From a virus (Duplodnaviria; Caudoviricetes): 56,204 nucleotides of DNA. Both the position numbers and the translations under genes were made by a program. The notes below the pieces were generated by a model. That model saw only the letters and a list, made by a program, of their open reading frames with translations. It had not been told where the DNA came from and searched no databases. The stretch is from the IMG/VR virus record IMGVR_UViG_3300049098_000061, positions 1-56,204 of that record; one strand, written 5' to 3'. Below are positions 27,165 through 37,395 of this stretch, in pieces. Position 1 is the first letter of the stretch; every line of letters starts with the position of its first letter.

Positions 27165-29600
27165 TTAGCTGTAGATTGTGTCAGGAGTACGAATAGTAGC
27201 CTGAGACATACCCGTACTCGTGATCTGGTTGTCTGCTTCAAACGGAACAATGTCTCCCGCTTGTCGCACCCTCACCCTAACGTCAATGTCACTAGCATAA
27301 GTCACATTGACACTCTCGCTCCCAGGACTTCCATCGGTTCCGGTATCTTCATAAATATCGATGAATGGCACATACACCGTATCACTAGTGGTAGTCGAAG
27401 CAATCGGGAGAGTACCAATTTCATAGGCGTCACTCGTCCAATCGGTTACAGGAGTAGTAGTCAATTCATTCTCACTGACTACTGCGGTAACGTAAGCGAT
27501 TACTCCCTCTGTTGTATTGCGAATCAGATCACCGATCTTCACTCCATTGGTTTGAAAGTTTGCTCCGGTGTCTGTCAACTGCGTACTCGAACAGTTACTA
27601 CCGTCTGCGGTCAAACCTGTCATATTGAACAGAGTAAAAGTAGAAGTATCCCATGAAGTGTATCTCAAGCGATACTCCAAAGGTACTGAATCATCGACAA
27701 TCCTTACAATACCTCCGGTAGTCTTCCCAGGAGTCTCGTTTCCGATTGCGGTTCCTACTACTAGCGAGGTAGCTCCTGCGGTCTGTGCTGCGGTCGCAGC
27801 ATAAGTATCTTTCTCGATATCTCCATTTACATCTATTCGGAATACTGCAAGAGTATCCCCCGCCCTCGTGTTAGTTACTGATACTGTTACTTTGATTGGA
27901 GCAGTGACTACGTTTCCATCGTCATCGATAAGTTGGAAACTATTAATATCATCCGAGTCGTAGTTAATCAGAACTACTCCAGGCGCACCGAAGAAAGTAC
28001 CACCGGCGAATGTTCCGAAAGGACTTTGCTTCGTGGGAGTAATAGTTCGGTAACTACCGACAGTCGCATAGTCGGTATAACTAGCCTGAGTTTCGTTATC
28101 TCCGATCTGAGTAACATCGCTCATGCTCCCGTACAATCGAACACTTCTCAAGAGTAAGTCACCCGTTGCTCCATCGTCATGGTCTGCGACTACTACCCCA
28201 TATGCTACTAGGACATTCGATACATCGTGCATCCACAAAGTCTCTCCCTCTGAGAATGATCCAGATTGTCCGGTGTACTCGATCTGATATTGAGTACCTA
28301 CATAGAATTGAGCGTCTTGTCCATCGGTATCGCCAGTGCCGGTTTCTCCTCTCATAGTAATGTACTTCAGCCATTCCCATACATCCGTAAGTACCTCGTC
28401 ACTACAATCAACGACTATGGAGTATGGTTCAGTTGAACCGTCCTCGTCAATATCATCCGAGTCTCTCGCAGCATGAGTAATACTCAAACCGGTGAGAGCA
28501 GCAGGCCCGTAGTCTGCGGGTGTTCCAAAGGTACAGCTCCTCGTTCCATTTGTTACTGTGTCGGAGTTTGCAAAGTCGGTCAGAGGATCACCGATCAAGT
28601 AGTAGTAAATCGTACCCGCTGCCAAGTCTAGATCGACTCCCCCAGTGATTACTCCCTCTTTCTCGGTAGCTGCGACATAGATAACGTCTCCTACCGAATA
28701 CTCGGTGCCACCGCTAGCTCCTGAGAAAGTCGCACTCTTGTATCCAGTAGTATTGTCTAGGTCTGCTCCTGTCGCCAAAGGTATTGGGTTTCGACCACCT
28801 GCACTCAAGTCCACTTCGTAGTAGTCATACGCTGCTCCGTATCTCCTCGCCATAACGGTTACGATAGCATCATCAATATTCGTTCCTACTTCCTTGACTA
28901 GTAGTAAGATATCAATGTGTCCGTCATCCCACCAATCGGTAGTGTCTTTAAACGCAGTGACTAGCGTCTCCTCTTGGTTCACATAGAGATGGGAGTTATC
29001 TGCAATCGTACCGAGCGAGTAGATATTCGCCCAAAGCATTTCTCCACTCTCGGGCGCTGCTTCCTGAGTAGCGGTATGGGTATTGCAAGTCAACCCTTGA
29101 CTAGCATTGTCAAAGGAGTTCGCCGCTGCATCGGTGAGTGGTCTTACCCATAGCTCACTGCCACTACCAGTGCCGAATACGTCTAGTAGTGTACCCTCAT
29201 CAGAATCGGTATCACCGGTGATCGTTTCCCCAATGTCTCCTGACACTATGTTAGTATTGTCCACGGTCAGTTTGATGATCCCGGTATTACTCCCCTCCGC
29301 CCTCAACCAACTAGCGGTCTTGATTGCACCGCCAGTCAGATACTCCACCGTAGTCTTATCGATAAACCACGGATCGTTGTCTCCTGAATCAATAATACCT
29401 ACCGTATACTCCGTAGGTGTTTGTGCGCTGATAGGAGTACCATCGTCTAGTTGTGTCAGTTCGTCAAAATGATCCTGCAATGCTGAGTATAGCTCGTTCA
29501 CGGTATAAGTAGTGCCACTCCCACTATACTCAATTCTCTTCTGTCGATTTTCATCTAAGTAGTAAATAGTAAAGTCACCACTTAAAATAGTTGCGCTCAT
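27165..29600 (-). CDS. Large acidic putative virion protein
   Basis: 811 aa, D/T/G-rich beta composition, in late operon; N-terminal T..ELYS.L motif resembles that of 24957-26990. Confidence 0.65.
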   Translation of the reverse strand: MSATILSGDFTIYYLDENRQKRIEYSGSGTTYTVNELYSALQDHFDELTQLDDGTPISAQTPTEYTVGIIDSGDNDPWFIDKTTVEYLTGGAIKTASWLRAEGSNTGIIKLTVDNTNIVSGDIGETITGDTDSDEGTLLDVFGTGSGSELWVRPLTDAAANSFDNASQGLTCNTHTATQEAAPESGEMLWANIYSLGTIADNSHLYVNQEETLVTAFKDTTDWWDDGHIDILLLVKEVGTNIDDAIVTVMARRYGAAYDYYEVDLSAGGRNPIPLATGADLDNTTGYKSATFSGASGGTEYSVGDVIYVAATEKEGVITGGVDLDLAAGTIYYYLIGDPLTDFANSDTVTNGTRSCTFGTPADYGPAALTGLSITHAARDSDDIDEDGSTEPYSIVVDCSDEVLTDVWEWLKYITMRGETGTGDTDGQDAQFYVGTQYQIEYTGQSGSFSEGETLWMHDVSNVLVAYGVVVADHDDGATGDLLLRSVRLYGSMSDVTQIGDNETQASYTDYATVGSYRTITPTKQSPFGTFAGGTFFGAPGVVLINYDSDDINSFQLIDDDGNVVTAPIKVTVSVTNTRAGDTLAVFRIDVNGDIEKDTYAATAAQTAGATSLVVGTAIGNETPGKTTGGIVRIVDDSVPLEYRLRYTSWDTSTFTLFNMTGLTADGSNCSSTQLTDTGANFQTNGVKIGDLIRNTTEGVIAYVTAVVSENELTTTPVTDWTSDAYEIGTLPIASTTTSDTVYVPFIDIYEDTGTDGSPGSESVNVTYASDIDVRVRVRQAGDIVPFEADNQITSTGMSQATIRTPDTIYS

Positions 29601-29615
29601 ATTACTTCCTCCTAT

Positions 29616-31802
29616 TTAGGCTGCTACTATGGCATCCTCTTGTAATGTTACAGTTAAACTAAAACCATCGTTTTCAATTAATCCAGTAGTCGAGTACGGA
29701 ATGTATCTAGTACTCCCAGTGCTCGACTTCCTTACTCTAATATAAATATCAACATCACTCCCAGGATAGTTAAAGCCCTGAGTGGCTATGCCTGTGGAGA
29801 GAGTGTCCTCGTTCATTAACTCTACAGCATCACTGCTCCTGTATACTGCTACTTGTGCATCTTGGATCGGGTCTTGATCTACGTCTATCACTTTAATAGT
29901 AATATTCACTGACGCGACTACTCTTAATGCTCCCTTCAAAGTTTGAGCAAAATTAGTACTGTCAGAGACACTACCATCGATATTGTTGATTACTATGATT
30001 CCTCCGCTATTGAAATAAAAACAAGTGTCCCATGTTTGGGCACTACTCCAACTAGTCGTATAGGTAAAGCCAGAACCACCGCCGTATCCTCCACCTGAAT
30101 CGGTTCCTACACTTATATAGTTACTACCATCTGCGTCTGATCCACTGTACTCCAGCGATATTGCATAGGTAGTAACAGCGGTCATTTCGTATTCATCTTC
30201 AAACTCAAAGTCTACTAGAGCTAAAGATGCTCCTACTCCTGATGCTGCCACTGTGTTAGAAGTGGCTAAAATACTCCCTGTCGGTGCCCCACCACTCGTG
30301 GCATATAGGTTTGCGGTTAGGTTTCCTGTTAATGTTCCCGTTCTCGATAAATAGAATATGGCTCTTGATAACTCCGCGTTCGATATGCCTACTAGAAAAC
30401 TTTGAGCGACTCGATTAATAGTACCGTTTATATTTTGTGTTGCGTCTTGATTGCTCTCCGAGTAACTTCCCTCTGTTGTAGCTGCTGCATTATGAAGTAT
30501 GTCATAATCATTACCGGAGAAGTCAAGTCTCGTGTAGTCAAACTCTCCAGCGGCATCGTGTTGAATCCCTGCGGGATCTCCAGTAGCATCTGTATTAGCA
30601 ATGAACTTGCAATCTGAAATATCTATATTCGCATTCCAAAGTAATGCTGCTCCATCTACATTACTTCCTCCATACGAGTCTTGGGTATTTACAAATAACA
30701 AGTTTCTTAACTTCGGCGCTCCTACTGGATCAAACTGCCCACATCCTATTATTGCTCCACCATAGAATAGATGATCCGAGTCGTTACCCCAACTGATACC
30801 TCCTAGTAAGTCTCTGAATTGTGTTCCGTATAATTTTGTTAGACTACCGGCTGCATTGCCTCCGTACAAGTCAATCGATACTTCCATTCCAGAAGTTCCG
30901 AGAAAAGTAGTACCACTCCTACCGTTATCGCTCCCTACGATTACTCCGTCCTCAAACGTAGTGGTGTAACTAGCGGCATCCTCAATTACTATCTTTTGTG
31001 CAGCAACGGGATAAGTAGGCTCCCACGCACTGCTATAGTAATACTCCGATGTACCAAATTGAATAATGTGTGCATCACTGTCAGCAAAAGAAGTAGCAGA
31101 GGTCTGAGTCGAGTCTCCTATGTAGAACGCACCATGAGCAAAATAAATTCCCTCTACTATTTGTATGCCTCCATGCGCTCTACTCGCATATGCAGTACAC
31201 CAATCAGCTACATCCTTCCAACCTTGAGTACTAGTGCCAGTTATTCTGAGTCCTTCTCCTACCCATATCTGACTCATAAAAACTGACTCCGCTCTAACAG
31301 ATACTATAGTGTCTAACCACAAACCGAAGTATCTAACCGAGGAGATGTCAAACGTTCCGGTATCTGTTACACTCCCTGCTTTGGTTGGATCGATTACAAA
31401 TAACTTCCAACCACCTGTCCATCCGTTCGCATCGTCATTCCCTGCGATTATATACTCCCTGTAGTCAGAAGTACTACTTCCTATTCTGATTGCAAAACCT
31501 TTATTTGCTAAGGAGTCAAACTGTCCTGCTGATTGGATGTTCACCCAAAACCATATGAACTGCCCTGTATAAGTTCCAGTACTAGGAGTAAAGTCTAGCC
31601 CACTCCCATAGTCGTAGTAAGTCCATCCAGACTTACTCGCATACTTCATACCAATGGAGGCAGAACCGTAGAGATAAACGTCATTATTAACATAGTTAGT
31701 ACCGCCGCCTAGCTCACTCCACGATCCGCCGCCTGTATCCGTAGTCAGATCGTCTGCGTAGGCAATGACTCCTAGTCCTTCCATCGAAATCGTTAATGCC
31801 AT
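29616..31802 (-). CDS. Large putative virion protein
   Basis: 728 aa, G/S/T-rich; C-terminal PIQDAQV...YIRVRKSS...Y.P module. Confidence 0.65.
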   Translation of the reverse strand: MALTISMEGLGVIAYADDLTTDTGGGSWSELGGGTNYVNNDVYLYGSASIGMKYASKSGWTYYDYGSGLDFTPSTGTYTGQFIWFWVNIQSAGQFDSLANKGFAIRIGSSTSDYREYIIAGNDDANGWTGGWKLFVIDPTKAGSVTDTGTFDISSVRYFGLWLDTIVSVRAESVFMSQIWVGEGLRITGTSTQGWKDVADWCTAYASRAHGGIQIVEGIYFAHGAFYIGDSTQTSATSFADSDAHIIQFGTSEYYYSSAWEPTYPVAAQKIVIEDAASYTTTFEDGVIVGSDNGRSGTTFLGTSGMEVSIDLYGGNAAGSLTKLYGTQFRDLLGGISWGNDSDHLFYGGAIIGCGQFDPVGAPKLRNLLFVNTQDSYGGSNVDGAALLWNANIDISDCKFIANTDATGDPAGIQHDAAGEFDYTRLDFSGNDYDILHNAAATTEGSYSESNQDATQNINGTINRVAQSFLVGISNAELSRAIFYLSRTGTLTGNLTANLYATSGGAPTGSILATSNTVAASGVGASLALVDFEFEDEYEMTAVTTYAISLEYSGSDADGSNYISVGTDSGGGYGGGSGFTYTTSWSSAQTWDTCFYFNSGGIIVINNIDGSVSDSTNFAQTLKGALRVVASVNITIKVIDVDQDPIQDAQVAVYRSSDAVELMNEDTLSTGIATQGFNYPGSDVDIYIRVRKSSTGSTRYIPYSTTGLIENDGFSLTVTLQEDAIVAA

Positions 31803-31955
31803 TTATCTTCCCTCTATCTTCTTTAACTGCTCAAATACTCGCTCTTGTTCACGGAGTATTTCTTGCAATAATTCTTCTAGCTTGTCGTGATGAAAGTCTC
31901 TCTCCGATCTGCTCTCTATGTCTGGCTTAGGAAATATTACTTTGTATTCTGGCAT
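31803..31955 (-). CDS. Small coiled-coil protein (50 aa)
   Basis: MPEYKVIFPKPDIESRSERDFHHDKLEELLQEILREQERVFEQLKKIEGR; AAGGAG RBS; stop abuts next ATG. Confidence 0.55.
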   Translation of the reverse strand: MPEYKVIFPKPDIESRSERDFHHDKLEELLQEILREQERVFEQLKKIEGR

Positions 31956-31990
31956 GACTACTCCTTAAAGTAGTATAGGCGTATCAATTA

Positions 31991-32182
31991 TTAATCGGTG
32001 CTTAAGTCAATGTCTGTTTTTAATCCAAGTATATCTATGATACCAAGGCCAAGTTCAATTACTTCCTCCTTCTTAATTACTTCGTCTGCCGATGCTTGCG
32101 CAAACCAAGTCACTACGAAGGACGCCACTCCAAAGACTTTCATTACTACTGCCATGACTTTTAATTTTTCTTTTGTTTTCAT
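31991..32182 (-). CDS. Small membrane-associated hypothetical protein
   Basis: 63 aa, hydrophobic N-terminal segment, GAGG RBS. Confidence 0.6.
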   Translation of the reverse strand: MKTKEKLKVMAVVMKVFGVASFVVTWFAQASADEVIKKEEVIELGLGIIDILGLKTDIDLSTD

Positions 32183-32203
32183 ATACTACTCCTCTCAATA
32201 CGC

Positions 32204-34441
32204 CTATACTTTCTTTTTTAACAATCCCGAGACTGTCTCTGCTATTTGCTTCCTTCCCATTGGCTTACTAACATAGGCACCGATGGAGTCATGAAACAGA
32301 TCCGCAGCATACTTTCCGTTACTACCTAGTCCCGAGCATAGGATTATTCGCACTCCCGGTCTTATCTTCTGAATCTCGTGTACTAAATCTACTCCTGTCA
32401 ATTCTGGCATAGTCAAATCTGTAATTACTAGATCGTACTTTTGTGGTTCGTCCTCGAATGCCTGCAAAGCGCTATAGCTACTGCGGAACTGCTCTACTTT
32501 ATAGTTAAGGCTCGTTAGTATATGAGCCATAGCTTCCAATACAATGTCCTCGTCGTCTACTAATAGTATGTTCTCTCCGTTTCCTGTTGGGATAATCTCA
32601 TCTATTTTACATTCTCGGACTACCGAAGTCGTACTCTCTACAGTTGGTATGTAAACCACGACTCTCGTTCCTTTCCCCTCCTCGCTATATATGTTTAAAT
32701 ATCCTTTGTATCCTTTCACTATTCCGTTAACAGCCGAGAGTCCTATGCCAGATCCTCCATTCTCCTTCTTAGTGGTAAAGTAAGGATCTAATGCTCTATC
32801 GAGTACTTTGGGGGACATACCTTCCCCGTTGTCCTCGACTTCGATTTTTACATACTTCCCTTTAGTTAATCCGTACCTCTCTACTAGTATGGTGTCGTTT
32901 GTAACATCGATGCTGATTGCTCCCTCGTCGTTTGGCATTGCTTGTGCTGCGTTCTTGCATAAGTTCATTAGTATCTGTCTTATAGTAATATCAGTAGCAG
33001 AGACTAGACCTAAGTTCTCGTCCATAGTCATGTGCATCTCTATGCTAGTAGGTACAATAGATCGTAAAAACTCAAAAGTCTCCCTAAGACACCCTTGCAA
33101 ACTTAAAGGAATAGTAGTATTCACGCTTCCCTCATCACGGGTAAATGATTGAATCCTGTGCACTAGCAGACTCGCTGTTTCTGCTGCTCCTAGTATAGAT
33201 ATGATATATCTCCTATTCGGATCATCTTTATCCATATTATACAGAAGTACATCGCAATTTCCAATTACGGGAGTAAGGGCATTATTGAAATCATGTGCAA
33301 TGCCTTCGGCAAAATTTCCGATTGCTTCCATCTTACTAGTCTGTCTCTGCCGCTTTCTTAACTTCTCCAGTTCTATTTCTGCTTTCTTTTTGGCAGTAAG
33401 ATCGTGGATAGCAGTTACTCGTACAGGCTTGCCTTCATACACACTGCTCTTGCCTCGTACCTCCATACAGATTACTCTGCCGTCTTTCCTTAAGCCTCTA
33501 TGCTCGTAAGGTTCCTCCAGTCCTTTGGATAGATTCTCTTTTACTTTCTCCCAATCGTCCTCGTGTACAAATTTCTTTATTGGTTCTCCTATTAAGTCCT
33601 CTCTACTATATCCATAAGTCGTTATCATCTGATCATTAATATCGATTATATGCTCATCGGCGGTTATGGCAATTCCTTCAAATGCTCCATCATAAAAACA
33701 TCTAAATCTATGCTCGCTGTCTTTTAGTTCTTTCTCTACCCTCGCATGGTTCCTGCATATCTCTTTGTATCTTTCATTATCTAGCTCTAGTTTTTCTAGA
33801 ATAGGATTAGTTACTCTGAGAAATACAAATACTCCTATTATTACTAGTAAGAACCCAGGAGCACTCGCCACAATTGCCCCTTTAAAGAATCTCGACTTAA
33901 TGTCATGAGCATGCACTTTTGCTACAATCCCGAGTCCTATCGAATCAACATAAGTATATCCTGCTATGCAATCTTCTCCTAAATAATCTTTTGCCTTTAC
34001 TGCTCCTTCCTTTTTCTGCAAAGCCAACTGCATCGGGATAGCCCACTCGTGTCCAATAGGTATCGAGGCATAGAGTATTGAGCTTCTACTAGATTGACTT
34101 ATCCATTTTATTTCATTGTTTTCAAGTCTCCCTATAGTAACTTCTACAGTAGATTTTTCTCTAGGGTGAGTAGTGGCTTTATTTATTTGAACAATTGTTT
34201 GATGATATATTTGATCCTTCTCCGATAGGTCAGGGTATAGTTTATGTATCTGTGCATGCTCTCTATGGTACTCGACTACGGATTCTATATGTCTTTCGAT
34301 TCTCCTTGCCGTACCCAATAACCACTCCTCCTGTTGCTTGACTTCTTCTATGTAAAACAGATAAGTAGTCAACGAGATCGCAAGGATACAAACTCCCGCC
34401 ATTATTACGGTCAGTCTTATGAAGGCGTAAAAATAATTCAT
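32204..34441 (-). CDS. Membrane-bound hybrid sensor histidine kinase (sensor-PAS-HisKA-HATPase-receiver)
   Basis: Two TM helices; PAS; H-box IAHDFNN; N-box NLCKNA; DNGEGM; FTTK; GSGIGL; receiver LLVDDE...TDLTMP...KP. Confidence 0.95.
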   Translation of the reverse strand: MNYFYAFIRLTVIMAGVCILAISLTTYLFYIEEVKQQEEWLLGTARRIERHIESVVEYHREHAQIHKLYPDLSEKDQIYHQTIVQINKATTHPREKSTVEVTIGRLENNEIKWISQSSRSSILYASIPIGHEWAIPMQLALQKKEGAVKAKDYLGEDCIAGYTYVDSIGLGIVAKVHAHDIKSRFFKGAIVASAPGFLLVIIGVFVFLRVTNPILEKLELDNERYKEICRNHARVEKELKDSEHRFRCFYDGAFEGIAITADEHIIDINDQMITTYGYSREDLIGEPIKKFVHEDDWEKVKENLSKGLEEPYEHRGLRKDGRVICMEVRGKSSVYEGKPVRVTAIHDLTAKKKAEIELEKLRKRQRQTSKMEAIGNFAEGIAHDFNNALTPVIGNCDVLLYNMDKDDPNRRYIISILGAAETASLLVHRIQSFTRDEGSVNTTIPLSLQGCLRETFEFLRSIVPTSIEMHMTMDENLGLVSATDITIRQILMNLCKNAAQAMPNDEGAISIDVTNDTILVERYGLTKGKYVKIEVEDNGEGMSPKVLDRALDPYFTTKKENGGSGIGLSAVNGIVKGYKGYLNIYSEEGKGTRVVVYIPTVESTTSVVRECKIDEIIPTGNGENILLVDDEDIVLEAMAHILTSLNYKVEQFRSSYSALQAFEDEPQKYDLVITDLTMPELTGVDLVHEIQKIRPGVRIILCSGLGSNGKYAADLFHDSIGAYVSKPMGRKQIAETVSGLLKKKV

Positions 34442-34851
34442 TTAGTTCCATTGCTATTTACTTCCCTATTATGCTTAAGAAGTAAGTTATATATTTCTTT
34501 TTGAGATTGCCTTATCTCTCTAAGTCCTGATGCCATGTCACTACGGAGTCCACTTATCTTCTCGCTATAGTCCATCTGGATCATCTCTAGTCTGTGATCG
34601 TAAATAGCATCTTTCTGAATTTGGTCATTTACGTGCTTGACAAAAGACTCCTCATACCTCGCTGAGATTCCATAAGTTAAGTGGGTAACGTATACTCCCC
34701 ACGATATTATTCCACCTACTCCTATACTTATAGCTATAGGTACTAGTAAATTCATCCAGTACCTTTTTCTTTTCTCTCTCATACGTCTGTCGATATTTTG
34801 TCTCCGCTTTGCTTCTCGACGTTCTTCGTCTCCGTCCCACTCCTCTCTCAT
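34438..34851 (-). CDS. Single-pass membrane protein with coiled coil (holin-like candidate)
   Basis: Arg-rich N-terminus (ERR...RR...DRR), one TM helix, coiled-coil C-terminus. Confidence 0.55.
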   Translation of the reverse strand: MREEWDGDEERREAKRRQNIDRRMREKRKRYWMNLLVPIAISIGVGGIISWGVYVTHLTYGISARYEESFVKHVNDQIQKDAIYDHRLEMIQMDYSEKISGLRSDMASGLREIRQSQKEIYNLLLKHNREVNSNGTK

Positions 34852-34852
34852 A

Positions 34853-36688
34853 CTACTCCTCCTCAGTAGACGATATAGCTCTCCATACTCCTCGTCTGAG
34901 CATATACGTTCCTGCTACTGTTCTTTTACTATTATTTTTTACTATCTTCCACTCGTCTCCGGTCAACATTGTTTCGTCGAGTATTATATTAGGCACAGGA
35001 GGACTTACATCCTCCATACTATACGCACCAAGACTATTGAACAAAGCCGCCCGAGTAGCTTCAAACCATGATCTAGGCTGTATCTTACTCGCTATCCTTA
35101 CTTCTCCGATAGCACAATCATACCAAGCATTGCCCCTACCTCCGATAGTTATTCCGTAATCAATAGCACTTCCACAAGTAGATACCCCGTCCGATACTCT
35201 CTCCCACGTATCGTCAAGGAAGTTTTCATTACGCATCCAGCCTACTCCTGTATTATAAAAACCTGAGTATTGACAAGCTGCATAGTGCCACGCTTCTTCG
35301 GTAAATAATAGACCGGTAGTATAATCGGCCAAATCCCAAGCGGAGACTGCTCCGTCCATATATGTTCCGAGGTATCCAGTAGCACTGATACGAAATGCTG
35401 CTCTAGCAGTACTAGAGTTATAATATAGGTGCTGAATCATTCCATTGTAAGTAGTTATATCATCTGGCCTGATGAGGCACTCCATACTCCACCACTTGTC
35501 TCCTTGCATGTTCCAAGCACCGTCATTATTGTCAAAGAATATCCAATCGTTTGACCCGTCGAAGTCTATCGCCTGACTTCCTGGGATATTTCCTTCAATC
35601 AAATCCTCCTCTAGCATAGTCCCTTGAGGAGTACCGTCTACCGTACCTGTACTGTCTATAATACAGTCTGCACCCCCACTAGGATCATTCGACAAATGCC
35701 ATACATGCTCATAGTTACTCTCCCATACGCTGATCCCGACTGTACTAGCTGGCAATCCCACATACTGAGTATTGTCCGAGGCTGCTTCATCGTAGTAAAC
35801 AAATAATTCCGTGTCCTCCGTACAACTCACATAAGGCAACTTCACCCACAAACGGGCATACCCGTTGGTATTATCCCATCTGTCTACTTCCACTGGAACT
35901 TGAGTAAGACCATCTCCTGTAGTCACCGCAATCTTTAGGTAACTACTTCCTATCGTATCGAAAATGTCGGTACAGTCTGTAGCCCCTGTTCCTGACGAGC
36001 TAGTTAGATTCACAAGGTAAGGATAATCATACAAGTCTGCTCGTATGTCAGAACTAGCTATTATTACCTTTACTCGCTTATTGTATCCTGCCATTATCTC
36101 CGATATAGGAGTAGGCACTACACTTAGTACTACTATTCCAGATACCCCGTAGGAACTCCCAGTATATTGTATTGTTGCACTTATCGGATCAGTACTTCCA
36201 GGATCGTAGTAGTACATATCCACATCAGTTTGTTTGCCTACATGCGTCCAACCGGCTGGAGGAGTTTGTACTACTGCTGCTGCGTCTTGATAAAACATTG
36301 CTACTACTCGATCGTATACTGTCAGTGGGGTTACTTCTGGAGTAGTATACGAGGAAGCGTTATGAGTCTGCGCTCCCCACATACCAGAGTCAGATGGTTT
36401 TACCCATGCTCCTCCGGTCTTTCTAAATGCGGCTAAAATAGCTTGTTGACAGTACTCTTGACAGCTATGAGTAATCGAGCCATCGTCACAGGCTATTCTC
36501 CATGCTAGTCGCTGCCACGAAGTCGAACCACTAGTCCTAATATCGATATTAGTGAAAGCCTCTGGAAGTCTAGCACTAGCAGTACCACCGTAGGCTCCTT
36601 GCCATAAAAGCATATCTCCGTCCTGCAAATCTGTTGGGGCAGCGGCACTGTAGCTTCCAGACGAGTAGTTTACAAAACTGATACCCAT
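34853..36688 (-). CDS. Tail/virion accessory protein with DUF2341-like and LamG-like domains
   Basis: QVPVEVDRW...LWVK.P...T.LFVYY, VW...Y..VWHL, IDFDGSND, IGEVRI. Confidence 0.72.
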   Translation of the reverse strand: MGISFVNYSSGSYSAAAPTDLQDGDMLLWQGAYGGTASARLPEAFTNIDIRTSGSTSWQRLAWRIACDDGSITHSCQEYCQQAILAAFRKTGGAWVKPSDSGMWGAQTHNASSYTTPEVTPLTVYDRVVAMFYQDAAAVVQTPPAGWTHVGKQTDVDMYYYDPGSTDPISATIQYTGSSYGVSGIVVLSVVPTPISEIMAGYNKRVKVIIASSDIRADLYDYPYLVNLTSSSGTGATDCTDIFDTIGSSYLKIAVTTGDGLTQVPVEVDRWDNTNGYARLWVKLPYVSCTEDTELFVYYDEAASDNTQYVGLPASTVGISVWESNYEHVWHLSNDPSGGADCIIDSTGTVDGTPQGTMLEEDLIEGNIPGSQAIDFDGSNDWIFFDNNDGAWNMQGDKWWSMECLIRPDDITTYNGMIQHLYYNSSTARAAFRISATGYLGTYMDGAVSAWDLADYTTGLLFTEEAWHYAACQYSGFYNTGVGWMRNENFLDDTWERVSDGVSTCGSAIDYGITIGGRGNAWYDCAIGEVRIASKIQPRSWFEATRAALFNSLGAYSMEDVSPPVPNIILDETMLTGDEWKIVKNNSKRTVAGTYMLRRGVWRAISSTEEE

Positions 36689-36702
36689 TTACTTATTACT
36701 CC

Positions 36703-36765
36703 TTAAACAGTTGTGGTCGTAGTACTAGTAGTCGTAGTTGTCGTCGTAGTTGTCGTTGTTGTTGT
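36703..36765 (-). repeat. Poly-Thr coding tract (T13-S-T5-V-stop)
   Basis: Mixed ACA/ACG/ACT/ACC codons ending GTT TAA. Confidence 0.95.
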
Positions 36766-37281
36766 TGCAATCTTCATTAATATCGTACCGTCTTCATATC
36801 CTACAGGAGACGGTAAGTCTCCATATGTGAAATGAATCGGGGAAGTCTCTCGACATAATACGAACATGCTCGTACTCGACAAAACAACTCCCATTGTTTG
36901 AGCGAATGCCAATGGTCTGGTTTCTACTAGCGCTCCCGCCGTAGCGTCACTGACATATATTTTCTCTCCCTCCTCGCCAGTGAATGACCATGTGTCTACC
37001 GTCAACGGGCCTATTCTCTGTATCCGTATAATGTCATCAGCATTTCCTGCTTCTACTGCTATACCTCGACTTGGCTCCATCCCTACTGCTGCTTTGCCCT
37101 TCCAGTACTTACCATCCGATTTGAGGTAGACCGCCTCCCCTTTTGCTACAGTCTCCCCTAGCGTCACTCTTAAGCGAGTATGGAGATGCTCGTCAATATC
37201 CTCTATGCTACTCTTTAAAATGTCATTCCATCCAGTGAGTGATAACTCTACTAGTGGCAGATCATATTTTAATGAAGTCAT
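36703..37281 (-). CDS. Decoration/fibre-base-like virion protein, paralog B, with poly-Thr tail
   Basis: LGE.V.K..AVYLKSDGKYWK.KA...RG.AV..G.ADD.IRI motif shared with adjacent gene; ends T13-S-T5-V. Confidence 0.7.
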   Translation of the reverse strand: MTSLKYDLPLVELSLTGWNDILKSSIEDIDEHLHTRLRVTLGETVAKGEAVYLKSDGKYWKGKAAVGMEPSRGIAVEAGNADDIIRIQRIGPLTVDTWSFTGEEGEKIYVSDATAGALVETRPLAFAQTMGVVLSSTSMFVLCRETSPIHFTYGDLPSPVGYEDGTILMKIATTTTTTTTTTTTTSTTTTTV

Positions 37282-37290
37282 ACTCTCACC

Positions 37291-37395
37291 TTAAACCGTT
37301 GTGGTCGTCGTCGTTGTAGTCGTTGTTGTGGTGGTAGTAGTCGTTGTGGTAGTAGTCGTTGTTGTAGTAGTCGTGGTCGTTGTTGTGGTAGTAGT
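37291..37395 (-). repeat. Poly-Thr coding tract (T33-V-stop)
   Basis: 99 nt of ACN codons using all four synonyms, ending GTT TAA. Confidence 0.95.

Noticed and set aside
36709-37395. Poly-Thr tracts as microsatellites or assembly artefacts
   Set aside because: All four Thr codons are interleaved, frames are preserved, and the motif recurs at seven C-termini.
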